In this document: piece by piece, positions 19,471 through 29,172 of the stretch
Layout: each line of letters starts with the position of its first letter
Numbering within the stretch: position 1 is the first letter of the stretch
Assembly: GCA_036387555.1 (NCBI GenBank)
Contig: DASVTN010000014.1
Location: forward strand, 1,734 to 65,733
Length of the DNA: 64,000 nt
Origin: Allosphingosinicella sp.
GTDB lineage: Bacteria > Pseudomonadota > Alphaproteobacteria > Sphingomonadales > Sphingomonadaceae
Reading direction: 5' to 3'
Made by a program: the position numbers and the translations under genes
The notes under the pieces: model-generated
Told to the model about the DNA's origin: nothing
The model's input: only the letters and a program-made list of their open reading frames with translations
Database searches by the model: none

Positions 19471-19836
19471 ATGGCCAAGCCGTATTCTCATCGCGCTACG
19501 CTAGCGGTCGACCTTGAAGCGGCTCGGAGGGGAAGAGGCCTGTCCTATGCCGAGCTTGCTCGTGCAGCCGGTATCGACACCGCTCAGGCAATGAGAATTT
19601 GCAACGGCCAGTTTGTGACGCTGAGCGCCAACGTGCTGAAGATCTGCCGCGCGTTGGAGGTAGCTCCACCTAGCGACGACCTGCGCCTCCCTATCGGCGG
19701 CGGGTCGCAATCGGCTGCGCGCCTTCAGTCCGAGGTCATCGCCGCATGGGATGAGACGCAGGAAGGGGCAGACAACCTAATCGCGCTCTTGCGCACTGCA
19801 CGGCGCATTCGCGACCAATCCGGCAGGCCTACCTGA
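19471..19836 (+). CDS. XRE-family HTH regulator
   Basis: ARRGRGLSYAELARAAGIDTAQAMRI HTH; divergent from the methyltransferase across an AT-rich spacer. Confidence 0.8.
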   Translation: MAKPYSHRATLAVDLEAARRGRGLSYAELARAAGIDTAQAMRICNGQFVTLSANVLKICRALEVAPPSDDLRLPIGGGSQSAARLQSEVIAAWDETQEGADNLIALLRTARRIRDQSGRPT

Positions 19837-19935
19837 ATCGTTTAATGTTGTGTTGTGGGATGGCGGTCTCGCCCAACTTGGGCATGCCCCAATCAACAGG
19901 CAGGCGCCGGTCGACCCAGGATCGTCGGATGCGAG

Positions 19936-20652
19936 CTAGTCGTGAGATTCAGGACGCCAGCATTTCACCGAATAGCCGTCGACCAGAGTTCGCCGGACTC
20001 TCACTCCCGCGACCCGCATGCGTCGCCGGATCAACCGTCGATCAGCTTCTTCCATGCGCATGCCGAGATAGACCGTTGCGACCGCGCCATTCCCATGCAG
20101 CGCCCGCCCCGGTTGCGGCGAGAATAGCCGCCATTCACGTTCATACGACCATTTCAGGTTTTTGGTAGAAAGTATCGCCCGTGACCGCAGCTCCGTGTCG
20201 AGCATGGCGCGAAGGTTCAGGTAGTGTGGCCGGTCGCCATAGACAACGCGAGCCAACGCATAATCTTCAGCGAGTCCATTCAGGAGTCGAGTCAGCGGAT
20301 AGGCGATACATATACCGCGGAATCCATCGGCGTAATGCGCCCACATCAGCTCGTTGTTCCACGTCTCTGAAAGGGATGCGATGCCCAGTCCGAGCTTCTC
20401 GGAGCGAACGGCCTCGGAGAATTGATCGTAGTCGAAATCGTGGTCCGAAGGTTGATTGGAGCGATAAAAGCCTTCCATCGGATCGTTCATCTGATTGAAT
20501 GTTCCGCACCAGATGTAGCCCTGCTCGATCGCTTCAAGTTCGCGCTCAAGCCTGATGCGATCGGCCCTTCCATTGCCATCGGCGCCGCGCGGTCTCAGCG
20601 ACCGGTAGCGATACAGCCAGGTCGGGGTAGCATAAGTTTGGATAGTCGCCAC
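19936..20652 (-). CDS. DUF2971 family protein
   Basis: LYRYRS, NDPMEG, SLSETWNNELMWAHYADGFRGICI, KxxxWSYEREWR. Confidence 0.85.
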   Translation of the reverse strand: MATIQTYATPTWLYRYRSLRPRGADGNGRADRIRLERELEAIEQGYIWCGTFNQMNDPMEGFYRSNQPSDHDFDYDQFSEAVRSEKLGLGIASLSETWNNELMWAHYADGFRGICIAYPLTRLLNGLAEDYALARVVYGDRPHYLNLRAMLDTELRSRAILSTKNLKWSYEREWRLFSPQPGRALHGNGAVATVYLGMRMEEADRRLIRRRMRVAGVRVRRTLVDGYSVKCWRPESHD

Positions 20653-20976
20653 CGGGTCTCCTTAGCTGCTCGCCGTGCCGCGGCATACTGACGGACACCT
20701 AAACCGGATGCCGTCGTTGTGCGAATTATTGCTCCTTAACCCTGGACAGCGAACGCTAGGAGACGGCGCTTAGCTATCCTCATGAGAGCCGCTACGTCCT
20801 GAAGATACTCGTCAGGCAAGCCGTCTTGATCGATAACCAGGCCTTCGGCGGCCCTCGGGTGGTCTGAATCTCCTGCCCCACGATCTGTTCGATCTAGCCG
20901 AATTCTTCGAGCTCCTCCCCGCACACGGCCACAGGTCGATTGGAGATAGGCTTCGTTTCCTGAAAAGGAGAAACCG

Positions 20977-21789
20977 ATGAAAGCAGCGACCGCCGGCTAT
21001 CGCGCCTCGAACCGTCCGTACCCGCACATCATCTCAAGCGTCGGCGCCCGCAGAAACCACCGCTGGCGCGTCATCATGTGCAACGAGCCGGTGGAAGATC
21101 CCAACGACGGCACCTGGCTCGTCACCGGCAGCGGCAGCGTCGGCCCCAGCGGAGCCCCGACCGCGGTCGGCAGACGCAACCTGATCCGCGCTGTATCCGA
21201 GCGCGCCCGAACGTCGAAGGCGTATTACTGCATCGTCTGGAGCGAGCAGACCTGCACCTTCTTCCTGCCCGACGGATCGCTCGCCGAAGGCTTCGATCCG
21301 CCGACTGGCGATTTCGTCGCCGACGACCCCGACTTCGACACCTCGCCGTTGGAACTGGAGTCCGTCTGGAGCACGCCCCTGAGCGGCCGTGGGCCCAGCC
21401 ACCTGTGCATCAAGCGTTCCGGCGAATTCGTCGAGATAATGGCCGGTGCACATGTCGAGCTGGCAGATTTCCGAGACTTCGCGGCCGGCTGCGACCCCGA
21501 TCCGGCAGCCCCCCTACGGGCGCCCGGCGGAGGCTGGCGAAAGAATGCTATCTGGCGTGGCCAGCCCGTCCACGCCATCGTCGACGGCGGCCTAGTACTT
21601 GGCCCCGTTCAACCTCTCGAGCGGAGTCGGCTGATCACCTTGCGCTCACCCTGGCCGCACCAGCTTGCCGCAGCCTGCAACGAGATCGCGGGACGCCGTA
21701 TTCCCGGAAACACGTTCAGGGCCGCCTGGGCCGCGGTCTCCGGACGAGGCGAATCCATGCACCTCAGAGATGTGCTGGACGCTGCGTAA
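20977..21789 (+). CDS. Hypothetical protein
   Basis: AAGGAG RBS before ATG 20977; 270-aa ORF; no recognised motif. Confidence 0.6.
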   Translation: MKAATAGYRASNRPYPHIISSVGARRNHRWRVIMCNEPVEDPNDGTWLVTGSGSVGPSGAPTAVGRRNLIRAVSERARTSKAYYCIVWSEQTCTFFLPDGSLAEGFDPPTGDFVADDPDFDTSPLELESVWSTPLSGRGPSHLCIKRSGEFVEIMAGAHVELADFRDFAAGCDPDPAAPLRAPGGGWRKNAIWRGQPVHAIVDGGLVLGPVQPLERSRLITLRSPWPHQLAAACNEIAGRRIPGNTFRAAWAAVSGRGESMHLRDVLDAA

Positions 21790-21889
21790 GGCAGAAGAAG
21801 ACTGGTTCTGCTGATTGTCTGGCGATTGCTCGCCGAATCTCAGCCTTGGATCGCCGGGACGCCCCGCAGGGCTAAGTCTTTGAGAAAAT

Positions 21890-21966
21890 TGGCGCGCCCA
21901 GAAGGATTCGAACCTCCGGCCCCCAGATTCGTAGTCTGGTGCTCTATCCAGCTGAGCTATGGGCGC
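21890..21966 (-). tRNA. tRNA-Arg (anticodon ACG)
   Basis: GCGCCCATAGCTCAGCTGGATAGAGCACCAGACTACGAATCTGG...GGTTCGAATCC...TGGGCGCGCCA cloverleaf, 77 nt. Confidence 0.97.
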
Positions 21967-22069
21967 GCGGGAGACGGGGACATAGGGGCAAGGGCCGCGG
22001 CGCGCAACCCCGCCCGCGCCGGCGCCAGGCCGGTGTTGCCGGGCCCCGGCGCTCCGCCTAGGAGGGGCC

Positions 22070-22579
22070 ATGGCCGCCCTCAGAGCATTTCCGGCAATCC
22101 TCGTTCCGCTTCTCGCCGCGGCGGGCTGCGCGGCGCCGGGCCCCTACCCTTCGCTTGCTCCGCGCCCCGCCGAAAAGGCCTATGCGCAAGACGCGGAGGA
22201 GCGGAAGCCGACGCCTCAGCCGGACGATCCGGCGCTCGCCGGCGAGATCGACCGACTGGTCGCGGCCGCACGGGCCGGCGCCGCCGATTTCGAGACCGCC
22301 TTCCCGGCGGCGCGGGCGGCGGCGGCGCGGGCGGGCGGCGGTGGAAGCGATTCCTGGCTCGAGGCCCAGCAGGCCCTCTCGAGGCTGGAGACGGCCAGGG
22401 CCCGGACCACCGCGGCGCTCGCCGATCTCGACCGGCTGGCGGTGGAGCGGGCGGGCGCCGGAACGCTCGGCGAGGGCGATTCCGAACGGCTGCGCGCCGC
22501 CACCGCGCAAATCCAGTCCCTGGCGGACGCCCAGGCCGATCGCCTTCAGCGCCTCGGCGAGAGCCTCATCCGCCTCTGA
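22070..22579 (+). CDS. Hypothetical lipoprotein
   Basis: Lipobox LAAAGC followed by YPSLAPRPAE; GGAGG RBS. Confidence 0.8.
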   Translation: MAALRAFPAILVPLLAAAGCAAPGPYPSLAPRPAEKAYAQDAEERKPTPQPDDPALAGEIDRLVAAARAGAADFETAFPAARAAAARAGGGGSDSWLEAQQALSRLETARARTTAALADLDRLAVERAGAGTLGEGDSERLRAATAQIQSLADAQADRLQRLGESLIRL

Positions 22580-22649
22580 TCGCGGGCCTGGGGGCTCGGC
22601 TCAAGGAAAACAACGCCTTACAAAATGGTGCCTGGCACCAATTTTGGGG

Positions 22650-23195
22650 TCAACCGGCCCGAACGGCTTCGGCGTGGAGCTTCGCCAGGGCGACGTAATG
22701 GGCGACCCCCGCCCGCTGGCCGGCAAGCTCTTCCTCGCCGAGGTCCCGCACATATTTGGCGGGCCGCCCCGCCCACAGCTGTCCCGCCGGGATCCGCCGC
22801 CCGGGCGTGAGCAGTGCGCCGGCGGCGAGCATCGCGCCGCTTTCGATCTCGCAGCCGTCCATGACGATCGCGCCCAGCCCGACGAAGGCGCGGTCGTGAA
22901 GGAGGCAGCCGTGGACCATCGCCATATGGCCGATCAGCACATCCTCGCCGATGATCGTCGGCAGGCCCGCATCGTTCCCGGGCCGGGGCGAATCGACATG
23001 AAGGACGCACCCGTCCTGGATGTTGGTGCGGGCGCCGATCCGGATATGGTTGACGTCGCCCCTGAGCACGCAATTGTACCAGACGCTGGCTTCCGGCCCG
23101 ATCTCGATGTCGCCGATCAGGACGGCGCCGGGAGCGACGAAGGCCGAGGAATGGATCCGGGGAGACTTGCCGCCGAAGGGGATCAGCTTCGCCAT
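22650..23195 (-). CDS. Gamma carbonic anhydrase family protein
   Basis: Hexapeptide repeats, LRGDVN, NIQDGCVLH, IGHMAMVHGC. Confidence 0.92.
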   Translation of the reverse strand: MAKLIPFGGKSPRIHSSAFVAPGAVLIGDIEIGPEASVWYNCVLRGDVNHIRIGARTNIQDGCVLHVDSPRPGNDAGLPTIIGEDVLIGHMAMVHGCLLHDRAFVGLGAIVMDGCEIESGAMLAAGALLTPGRRIPAGQLWAGRPAKYVRDLGEEELAGQRAGVAHYVALAKLHAEAVRAG

Positions 23196-23755
23196 TGCTC
23201 GCGCCTCATCTCGTAGACGATGACCATTCCGTCGGCCCACTGCGCCGTGTCGTAGTCGAGATCGGCCCGCCGGGTCATCCCGAGCCGGAGCATCAGCCCC
23301 CAGCTCGGCGCGTTGCCCTCCACCGTGAGCGCGACGACCCGCTCCGCTCCAAGCCGGCCGAAGGCGAAATCGAGCGACGCGATCGCCGCCTCCTTCGCAT
23401 AGCCTTTGCCCCAGGCATCCTCGCGCAGCCGCCAGCCGATCTCATACTCGCCCTCGACCGGGCTTTCGGGATCGTCGGCGATCTTAAGGCCGCAAAAGCC
23501 GAGAAGCGCGCCGTCCTCCTTCCGCTCGACCGCCCAGAAGGTGAAGCCGCGCTCCTCCTGCCAGGCCATGAAGCGCTCGCGCACCGCCGCCGACTGCTGC
23601 TCGGCGGTCCTGACCCCGCCCAGCCAGCGCATCACCGGCTCGACGTTGAGGTGGCGGATGAAGGGTTCGATATCGGCCTCGCGCCAGTCGCGCAGCCGGA
23701 GCCTGGGCGTTTCGACGGTCACGGCCTCAGCACTCCCGGCAGCCAGGCGGGCCAC
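23183..23755 (-). CDS. GNAT (RimJ/RimL) acetyltransferase
   Basis: ETPRLRLRDW, EIGWRL...WGKGYAKEAA, NAPSWGLMLRLGM. Confidence 0.88.
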   Translation of the reverse strand: MARLAAGSAEAVTVETPRLRLRDWREADIEPFIRHLNVEPVMRWLGGVRTAEQQSAAVRERFMAWQEERGFTFWAVERKEDGALLGFCGLKIADDPESPVEGEYEIGWRLREDAWGKGYAKEAAIASLDFAFGRLGAERVVALTVEGNAPSWGLMLRLGMTRRADLDYDTAQWADGMVIVYEMRREQWRS

Positions 23756-25965
23756 TCCTCGAGCAGTGGCAGGATGCTCGCATAATCGTCCGTCCAGCCC
23801 GGAAAGCCCGGCCGCCCGCGCAGCGGCCGCCAGAGGTGGGCGTCCTCCGCGCTCGCGATCCTGAGCGTCATCATAGTCTCTTCGTTCCTGGTCATGGCCA
23901 CCCAGATCGAGCGCGACAAATTGCGCCCCTCCTCCTCGGGCAGCGGAGAATAATCGAAGGCGGCCGCCCGCCAGCCGTCGCGCTCGGCGGCCGCGGCGAG
24001 CACCGGCTCCAGGTCGAGATAGCGGTTGGAGATGTGGATGAGCAGCAGCCCGTCCGGCTTGAGGGCCCGGCGGTAGACCTGGAGCGCCTCGCGGGTGAGG
24101 AGGTGGATCGGGATCGCGTCCGAGGAGAAGGCGTCGACGGCGAGCAGGTCGAGCCGGCCGGGCGCCTCGCGGGCGAGGCTTAGCCGGGCGTCGCCAAGCA
24201 CCACCCGGGCGGCGGGAGCGCAGCGCGTCAGGAAGCTGAACAGGGACGGATCGCTCGCGATCCGGACCATGGCGGGATCGATCTCGAAGAAGCGCCAGTC
24301 CTGTCCCGGCTGCGCATAGCAGGAGAGCGTTCCGGTGCCGAGGCCGACGACTCCCACCGCCGCGCGCGCATCGTGGAAGATGGGAAGCGAGGCGAGCGCA
24401 TAGCCCACTCCGGAGCGGCGCGCATAATAAGAGGTCGGCTCGGTCTCGCCGCCCGGAGTGAGGTTCTGGACTCCGTGCAGGGTCGTGCCGTGGGTGAGCT
24501 GGCGCGACGGCGGCTGGCGCCGGGTGGTGACGGTGTAGACCCCGAAATAGCTTCGGGTGCGGATGCCCTCGCCGCTCTCCTCCACCTTGGTCCAGCCGCC
24601 GTAGCTCATCATCAGGGCGAGGAGGCCCCCGGCGAACGCCCAGCGGAAGCCGATGAAGGCCAGCGCCACCAGCGAGATGAGGACGCTTCCGGCCAAAGCG
24701 GCGCCGGCGCTGGTGAACGGTCCCAGACCCTGGTCGACCGCCCAGGAGAGGAGCAGCAGGCCGGCGACCAGAAGCCAGCGAAGCCGGGCCGGAATGTCGG
24801 CCGCCCAGGGGATGAACGGCGACTGCGGAACCAGCAGCGCCGCCGCCACGATCAGCAGCGGATGCTCATAGGCCCAGTCGAACAGGGTCGGAGCGAGGAT
24901 CGCGCAGAAGGCCCCGCCAAGCACGCCGCCCACCGCCATCGCCAGGTAGAAGGCGGTGAGATGCGCCGGCTCCGGCCGCCGCCGGTACATCTCCGCGTGA
25001 AGCGCGACGGCGATGATGAAGAGCAGCGCCAGCCCGAGGGTCGCGGTGATGAAGGGGGAATTGGACCCGCCGCTGAAGGCGAAGCCACCGGCCACCAGGA
25101 GGAACAGGGGCGCGACGGAGACGACGATGTCGGCGGGCTTGCGGCGGTGGGCGAAGGCGATGACGAAGCTGAGCAGATAGAGCGCCAGCGGAAGCACCCA
25201 AAGCAGCGGCACGGCGACGATGTCGGTCGTAAGATGGGTCGTGGTCGAAAGCATCAGCCCCGAAGGGATCGCGGCGAGCAGGGTCCAGTGAAGCAGGCGC
25301 CGCCATGACGGCGCCGGATCCGCCGCCTCGGGCATCGCCTCGACGGCCGCCGCCGGCACGGTGAGGGCGCAGGCGCCGACCATCAGGACGAGCAGTGCGT
25401 AGCCCGCGCTCCAGACCAGGCTCTGCTGCTCGAGGGTCAGCAGGGGCTCGACCAGCAGCGGATAGGAAAGCAGGCCCGCGAAGCTTCCGAGGTTGGACGC
25501 GGCATAGAGCGGATAGGGATCGCCCCGGGCGCCCTCCAGCGCGTACCAGCGCTGCATCAGCGGCGCCTGGGCCGAGACGATGAAGAAGAGCGGGCCGATC
25601 GAGCTGGCCAGGAACCAGGGCGCCCACAGGGCCGGAACGGCGTCGGCGGGGAGCACCGCGCTCGACACTCCGATCGGCAGCCACAAGGCGGCGAGCGCGA
25701 ACAGCGCCAGATGCACCCCCGCCTGCCGCCGCGGCCTCAGCCGGGTCAGGAAATGGGCGTAGGCGTAACCGGCCAGCAGCAGTCCCTGATAGACCAGCAT
25801 CGCGCTGTTCCAGACCGCCGGCGCCCCGCCCAGCCGCGGCAGCGCCATCCGGGCGATCATCGGCTGGGTGAGGAAGAGCAGGAACGAGCCCGTCAGCACC
25901 GTGATCAGGAAAAGCGGCTTGGCGAAGCGCTCGCGATTGCGGCTCATCTCGAGGACCTGGTTCAT
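23719..25965 (-). CDS. Membrane-fused spermidine-synthase-like SAM-dependent transferase
   Basis: Multiple TM helices then HGTTLHG, VGLGTGTL, FEIDP, GDARLSL, DAFSSDAIPIHLLT. Confidence 0.88.
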   Translation of the reverse strand: MNQVLEMSRNRERFAKPLFLITVLTGSFLLFLTQPMIARMALPRLGGAPAVWNSAMLVYQGLLLAGYAYAHFLTRLRPRRQAGVHLALFALAALWLPIGVSSAVLPADAVPALWAPWFLASSIGPLFFIVSAQAPLMQRWYALEGARGDPYPLYAASNLGSFAGLLSYPLLVEPLLTLEQQSLVWSAGYALLVLMVGACALTVPAAAVEAMPEAADPAPSWRRLLHWTLLAAIPSGLMLSTTTHLTTDIVAVPLLWVLPLALYLLSFVIAFAHRRKPADIVVSVAPLFLLVAGGFAFSGGSNSPFITATLGLALLFIIAVALHAEMYRRRPEPAHLTAFYLAMAVGGVLGGAFCAILAPTLFDWAYEHPLLIVAAALLVPQSPFIPWAADIPARLRWLLVAGLLLLSWAVDQGLGPFTSAGAALAGSVLISLVALAFIGFRWAFAGGLLALMMSYGGWTKVEESGEGIRTRSYFGVYTVTTRRQPPSRQLTHGTTLHGVQNLTPGGETEPTSYYARRSGVGYALASLPIFHDARAAVGVVGLGTGTLSCYAQPGQDWRFFEIDPAMVRIASDPSLFSFLTRCAPAARVVLGDARLSLAREAPGRLDLLAVDAFSSDAIPIHLLTREALQVYRRALKPDGLLLIHISNRYLDLEPVLAAAAERDGWRAAAFDYSPLPEEEGRNLSRSIWVAMTRNEETMMTLRIASAEDAHLWRPLRGRPGFPGWTDDYASILPLLEEWPAWLPGVLRP

Positions 25966-27404
25966 TCGTCCTCCAGGGCGGCGGCAAGGCGGCTCAGAAC
26001 TTCGACCGTCTCGTCGACCTGCGCCAGATGCGTGCGGAACGAGAGGATCGCGCAGCGCAGCCAGTCCGCGCCGCCGATCCGGGTGCCGCTGAGGAACACC
26101 CTGCCCTCCTCCTGAAGCCGCTGGAGCAGCCGCCGGTTGAAGCCGTCGTCGTCGCCCGAAGAGGGGCGGTAGCGGAAGGCGACGATCGACAGGTCCGGCG
26201 CCGGCCCCGTCTCCCAGCCGGGCAGCGCCGTCAGCCGCCGGTGAAAATAGCGGGCGAGCGCCAGCTTTTCGGACTGCGCGGCCCGGAACGCCCCGACCCC
26301 GGCGAGCTGCAGCGGAAGCCACAGCCTCAGCGCCCGAAAGTGGCGGGTCAGCTCCGGTGAGAGATCGCCCGGGGAAGGCCCGGCCTGCGTCTCCCCGAAC
26401 GGCTGGATGTAATCGGCGCTGGCGCTGAACGCGTCGAGCAACGTCCGTCCGTCGCGGGCCACGACGGCGCCGGTGCCGTAGGGGAGGAACAGGGTCTTGT
26501 GCGGGTCGAGAGCGACGGTATCCGCGCGCTCGATCCCGGCCAGGGCCCCTCGCCCTTCCTCGCACAGCATGAACAGCCCGCCATAGGCGCCGTCGACGTG
26601 GAACCAGGCGCCGTGCCGCTCGCAAAGATCGGCGATGTCCTCGAGCGGATCGACCGCGCCGGTGTCGACCGTGCCGGCGGAGGCGACGACCAGCCAGGGG
26701 CGGACGCCCTCCGCCCGGTCCCGCTCCAGCGCCTCGGCAAGGGCGTCGGGGCGCATCCGGTGGCGCTCGTCCGTCGCGATCAGCCGCCGCGGCGCCCGCG
26801 CCCGGCCGGCGATCCGAAGCGCCTTGTCGATGCAATGATGGGCGGTGCGGCTCATGTAGACGGCGCCGCCGCCCTCCTCGTCGAGCGCTTCGCGGGCGGC
26901 GACGATGGCGGTCAGATTGGCCAGGCTTCCGCCGGAGGTCAGGGTGCCGGCGGCGGTTGCCGGAAAGCCGATCGCCCGGGCGAGCCAGGCGGTGGTCGCG
27001 TTCTCCAGCCGAACCGCTCCGGGCGCCGCCGAGGCGAAGCCGGCATATTTGTTCGACGCCGCCGCCAGGAAATCGCCGATCGCCGAGTGGAAGAGGCCGC
27101 CGCCCGGCACATAGCCCATGAAGCGCGGCGACGCGGTGGCGATGCCCGGACGGTCGACGCAGCGGTCCAGATAGGCGAGCACGGCCTCCGCCTCCCGCCC
27201 CTCCTCCGGGAATTCGGGATCGAGCGCCTCGGCGAACGCCCCGCTGGCCGGGCGGTAGGACGGGCCTTCCGGCAGATCCGTCAGGAAGCGCTCGGCATGA
27301 GCGAAGGCGGCGGCGGCCAGCGCGCCGCGCCGTTCCGCGCCCGGCTCGAGCGGCTCCGCCACCGTCTGCAGCCTGAGGATCTCGGCGCGCGCCGTGTCGC
27401 TCAT
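25962..27404 (-). CDS. Group II PLP-dependent decarboxylase
   Basis: SGGSLAN, AGTVDTGAVD, HVDGAYGG, DPHK PLP lysine. Confidence 0.9.
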   Translation of the reverse strand: MSDTARAEILRLQTVAEPLEPGAERRGALAAAAFAHAERFLTDLPEGPSYRPASGAFAEALDPEFPEEGREAEAVLAYLDRCVDRPGIATASPRFMGYVPGGGLFHSAIGDFLAAASNKYAGFASAAPGAVRLENATTAWLARAIGFPATAAGTLTSGGSLANLTAIVAAREALDEEGGGAVYMSRTAHHCIDKALRIAGRARAPRRLIATDERHRMRPDALAEALERDRAEGVRPWLVVASAGTVDTGAVDPLEDIADLCERHGAWFHVDGAYGGLFMLCEEGRGALAGIERADTVALDPHKTLFLPYGTGAVVARDGRTLLDAFSASADYIQPFGETQAGPSPGDLSPELTRHFRALRLWLPLQLAGVGAFRAAQSEKLALARYFHRRLTALPGWETGPAPDLSIVAFRYRPSSGDDDGFNRRLLQRLQEEGRVFLSGTRIGGADWLRCAILSFRTHLAQVDETVEVLSRLAAALEDE

Positions 27405-28396
27405 GCGCCGAGCAGCTTCGCCGCCACCGGCGCGTGGTAGGTGAGCACGCCGGAACAGCCCGCCCGCTTGAACGCCGTCAGGGTCTCGATCACCAGGGCG
27501 TCGCGGTCGCCGGCGCCGGCCGCAGCCGCCGCCTCGATCATCGCATATTCGCCGGACACCTGGTAGGCGAAGACCGGGACCTCGAACCGCTCCTTCACCC
27601 GCCGGACGATGTCCAGATAGGGAAGGCCGGGCTTGACCATCACGCTGTCGGCGCCCTCGCTAAGGTCGAGCGCGACCTCGCGCAGCGCCTCCTCGGCATT
27701 GGCCGGGTCCATCTGGTAGGATTTCTTGTCGCCCTTGAGCAGTCCGCGCGAGCCCACCGCGTCTCGGAAGGGGCCGTAGAAGGCGCTCGCATATTTGGCC
27801 GCATAGGCCATGATCTGGACGTTGAAATGGCCCTCGCGCTCGAGCGCCGCCCGGATCGCGCCGACCCGGCCGTCCATCATGTCCGAGGGCGCCACGATGT
27901 CCGCCCCGGCTTCCGCCTGCACCAGGGCCTGCTCGGCCAGCATCTGGCTGGTCGGATCGTTGAGCACATAGCCTTCGGAATCCACCAGCCCGTCATGGCC
28001 GTGGGCCGTATAGGGGTCGAGCGCGACGTCGGTGAGGACCCCGATCTCGGGCGCCGCCGACTTCACCGCCCGAACCGCCCGGCAGATGAGGTTGTCGCGG
28101 TTGAGCGCCTCCCGGGCATCCTCGGTCCGCCGCTCGCTCGGGGTGTTGGGGAAGAGGGCGATGCAGGGAATGCCGAGGTCGCGGGCCTCGCGCGCCTTGC
28201 CGGCGATGCGGTCGATCGACCAGCGCGATACGCCGGGAAGGGTGGAGATCGGCTCCTCGGAACCTTCGCCGTCGGCGATGAAAAGGGGCCAGATGAGATC
28301 CGCCGGAGTCAGCACCGTCTCCGCATACAGGGCGCGGCTCCAGGCGGCGGCGCGGGTGCGGCGAAGCCGGAGCGCGGGGAAGGCGGCGTTGCTCAT
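27401..28396 (-). CDS. hemB: Porphobilinogen synthase
   Basis: DVALDPYTAHGHDG, SDMMDGRV, KYASAFYGPFRDA, MVKPG, YQVSGEY. Confidence 0.97.
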   Translation of the reverse strand: MSNAAFPALRLRRTRAAAWSRALYAETVLTPADLIWPLFIADGEGSEEPISTLPGVSRWSIDRIAGKAREARDLGIPCIALFPNTPSERRTEDAREALNRDNLICRAVRAVKSAAPEIGVLTDVALDPYTAHGHDGLVDSEGYVLNDPTSQMLAEQALVQAEAGADIVAPSDMMDGRVGAIRAALEREGHFNVQIMAYAAKYASAFYGPFRDAVGSRGLLKGDKKSYQMDPANAEEALREVALDLSEGADSVMVKPGLPYLDIVRRVKERFEVPVFAYQVSGEYAMIEAAAAAGAGDRDALVIETLTAFKRAGCSGVLTYHAPVAAKLLGA

Positions 28397-28542
28397 GGCC
28401 GCGGCTGTAACGCGGCTTGCTCCGCCTGCAAAGCGCGGGCCGGGCCGGCCGCGCTTCCTTGTCCCGGCGCCGAAACGATGGCATCTTCCTGTGCGAACCG
28501 CATTATTCGAAGCTCGCTCATGGGGATGAAAGGGGGCAGTCG

Positions 28543-28989
28543 ATGAAGTTCGCCAGGAAATCGGCTCTGCGAATGGCGGTCGCGGCGGCGGCCATGGCCG
28601 CGGGAACAGGTCCCGCGCAGGCGGCGCCTCCCAATCCCGTCCTCTATCTCACCGGCCTCGAATATTATTCCGCGAACGGGAAGAACTGGGTCCGGCACCG
28701 CTACGACGTGATGAACAAGGATCAGTATCCGGCCGCCATGTTCGCGGCGGCGCCGTCGCTGCCGCCCTGCGGAAGCAACACCAATTCGTCGCGCAGCTGG
28801 GTGGACGTCTTCGATTCCCAGGGCACGCGCCTCCAGGGCTTCTGCGCGCTCGGCGATCCGGCCAATCTCGGCAAGATCTGGTTCTCGACGGAGGACGGCA
28901 CCGTGCCGCCGAGCTACATCTATATCGAGATTTTGGACCGGCAGACCAACACCAGATACAAGTCGAACCTGGCCGATACGACGCTCTAG
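28543..28989 (+). CDS. Hypothetical secreted protein
   Basis: Signal peptide ending PAQA; two Cys; no recognised family. Confidence 0.75.
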   Translation: MKFARKSALRMAVAAAAMAAGTGPAQAAPPNPVLYLTGLEYYSANGKNWVRHRYDVMNKDQYPAAMFAAAPSLPPCGSNTNSSRSWVDVFDSQGTRLQGFCALGDPANLGKIWFSTEDGTVPPSYIYIEILDRQTNTRYKSNLADTTL

Positions 28990-28995
28990 CGCCGG

Positions 28996-29132
28996 AATTC
29001 CTCCCCGAGCTTGCCTCGGGGAGGGGGACCGCGGCGCGAAGCGCCGTGGTGGAGGGGCAAAGCGGACGCAGAATTGCCCCTCCACCATGCTTCGCATGGT
29101 CCCCCTCCCCGAGCTTGCCTCGGGGAGGAATT
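28996..29132. repeat. Palindromic RPE-like element, family B
   Basis: AATTCCTCCCCGAGCTTGCCTCGGGGAGGGGGACC...GGTCCCCCTCCCCGAGCTTGCCTCGGGGAGGAATT; matches 4231-4363. Confidence 0.88.
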
Positions 29133-29172
29133 GGCCAAGGGCACTTGCACTCCTCACACGCGTTGCCACCTT

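Larger units (their letters stand above)
8992..21937. mobile_element. Integrative element / genomic island in tRNA-Arg(ACG)
   Basis: Flanking 51-bp direct repeat, integrase next to att, excisionase and primase genes, visibly less GC-rich than flanks. Confidence 0.92.

Noticed and set aside
20736-20924. 62-aa minus-strand ORF in the island
   Set aside because: No motif or clear RBS; cannot be supported.
25966-26835. 1038-aa version of the spermidine-synthase-like ORF
   Set aside because: The extension overlaps the decarboxylase in another frame; start at 25965 fits coupling.
29011-29172. N-terminal extension of the lipid kinase
   Set aside because: It is translation through the palindromic repeat at 28996-29132.
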